From NCBI GenBank assembly GCA_030141605.1, contig JAQGDQ010000013.1, positions 882,447 to 946,446 on the forward strand: DNA of 64,000 bases. Direction: 5' to 3'. The notes beneath the pieces were generated by a model, which was given only the letters and a program-made list of their open reading frames with translations, did no database searches and was not told where the DNA came from. A program made the position numbers and the translations under genes. The stretch's first letter is position 1, and every line of letters starts with the position of its first letter. Below, piece after piece: positions 63,801-64,000 of this stretch. This DNA comes from Tubiluchus corallicola (taxonomy: Eukaryota; Animalia; Priapulida).

Positions 63801-64000
63801 TTTCAGACCATGAATAAATGTGAACAGAAACTGGTAGTAATGAGCATTAATATTTTTCAAGTGCAACTTTGGGACCAAAAGAGCAAACATTTATAACAGG
63901 CCTCAAACAGGCAATTTGTTACAAATGATTGAGTTCCGCAATGTAGTGAAAACGAGCAAACTTAATTACTAACGCGAAAATATCCTGCATTAGTGCCTAC

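Noticed and set aside
61700-64000. Possible further gene at the right end
   Set aside because: Only short AT-rich ORFs with no recognisable domains; probably 3' UTR or intergenic sequence.

Overview
AT-rich, repeat-dense genomic DNA from an invertebrate animal (spliceosomal introns, SINE/LINE/MITE relics), not prokaryotic. There are two head-to-head genes. On the minus strand (94-1702) is the 5' end of a LOTUS-domain piRNA-pathway gene, most like TDRD5/tejas. On the plus strand (8443-60869) is a complete 20-coding-exon GABA-B receptor subunit 1 gene of about 890 aa with no Sushi domains, reconstructed by hand with consistent intron phases. The 6.7-kb spacer and the introns hold many transposon relics: a 2.6-kb Mutator-like element with perfect 48-bp TIRs and two convergent decayed genes, a hAT MITE carrying two nested insertions, Kolobok-, hAT- and Harbinger-type MITE families, a MetaSINE-like SINE, 5S-derived fragments, LINE tails and several minisatellites. 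Most short ORFs in the supplied track are spurious. I found no clearly new biological system. The best leads are a LINE tail fused in frame to the receptor C-terminus, a satellite array inside a foldback element, the two-gene MULE, a probable GC-AG intron and paired alternative splice sites in intracellular loop 2. All family assignments come from motif recognition, not database searches.
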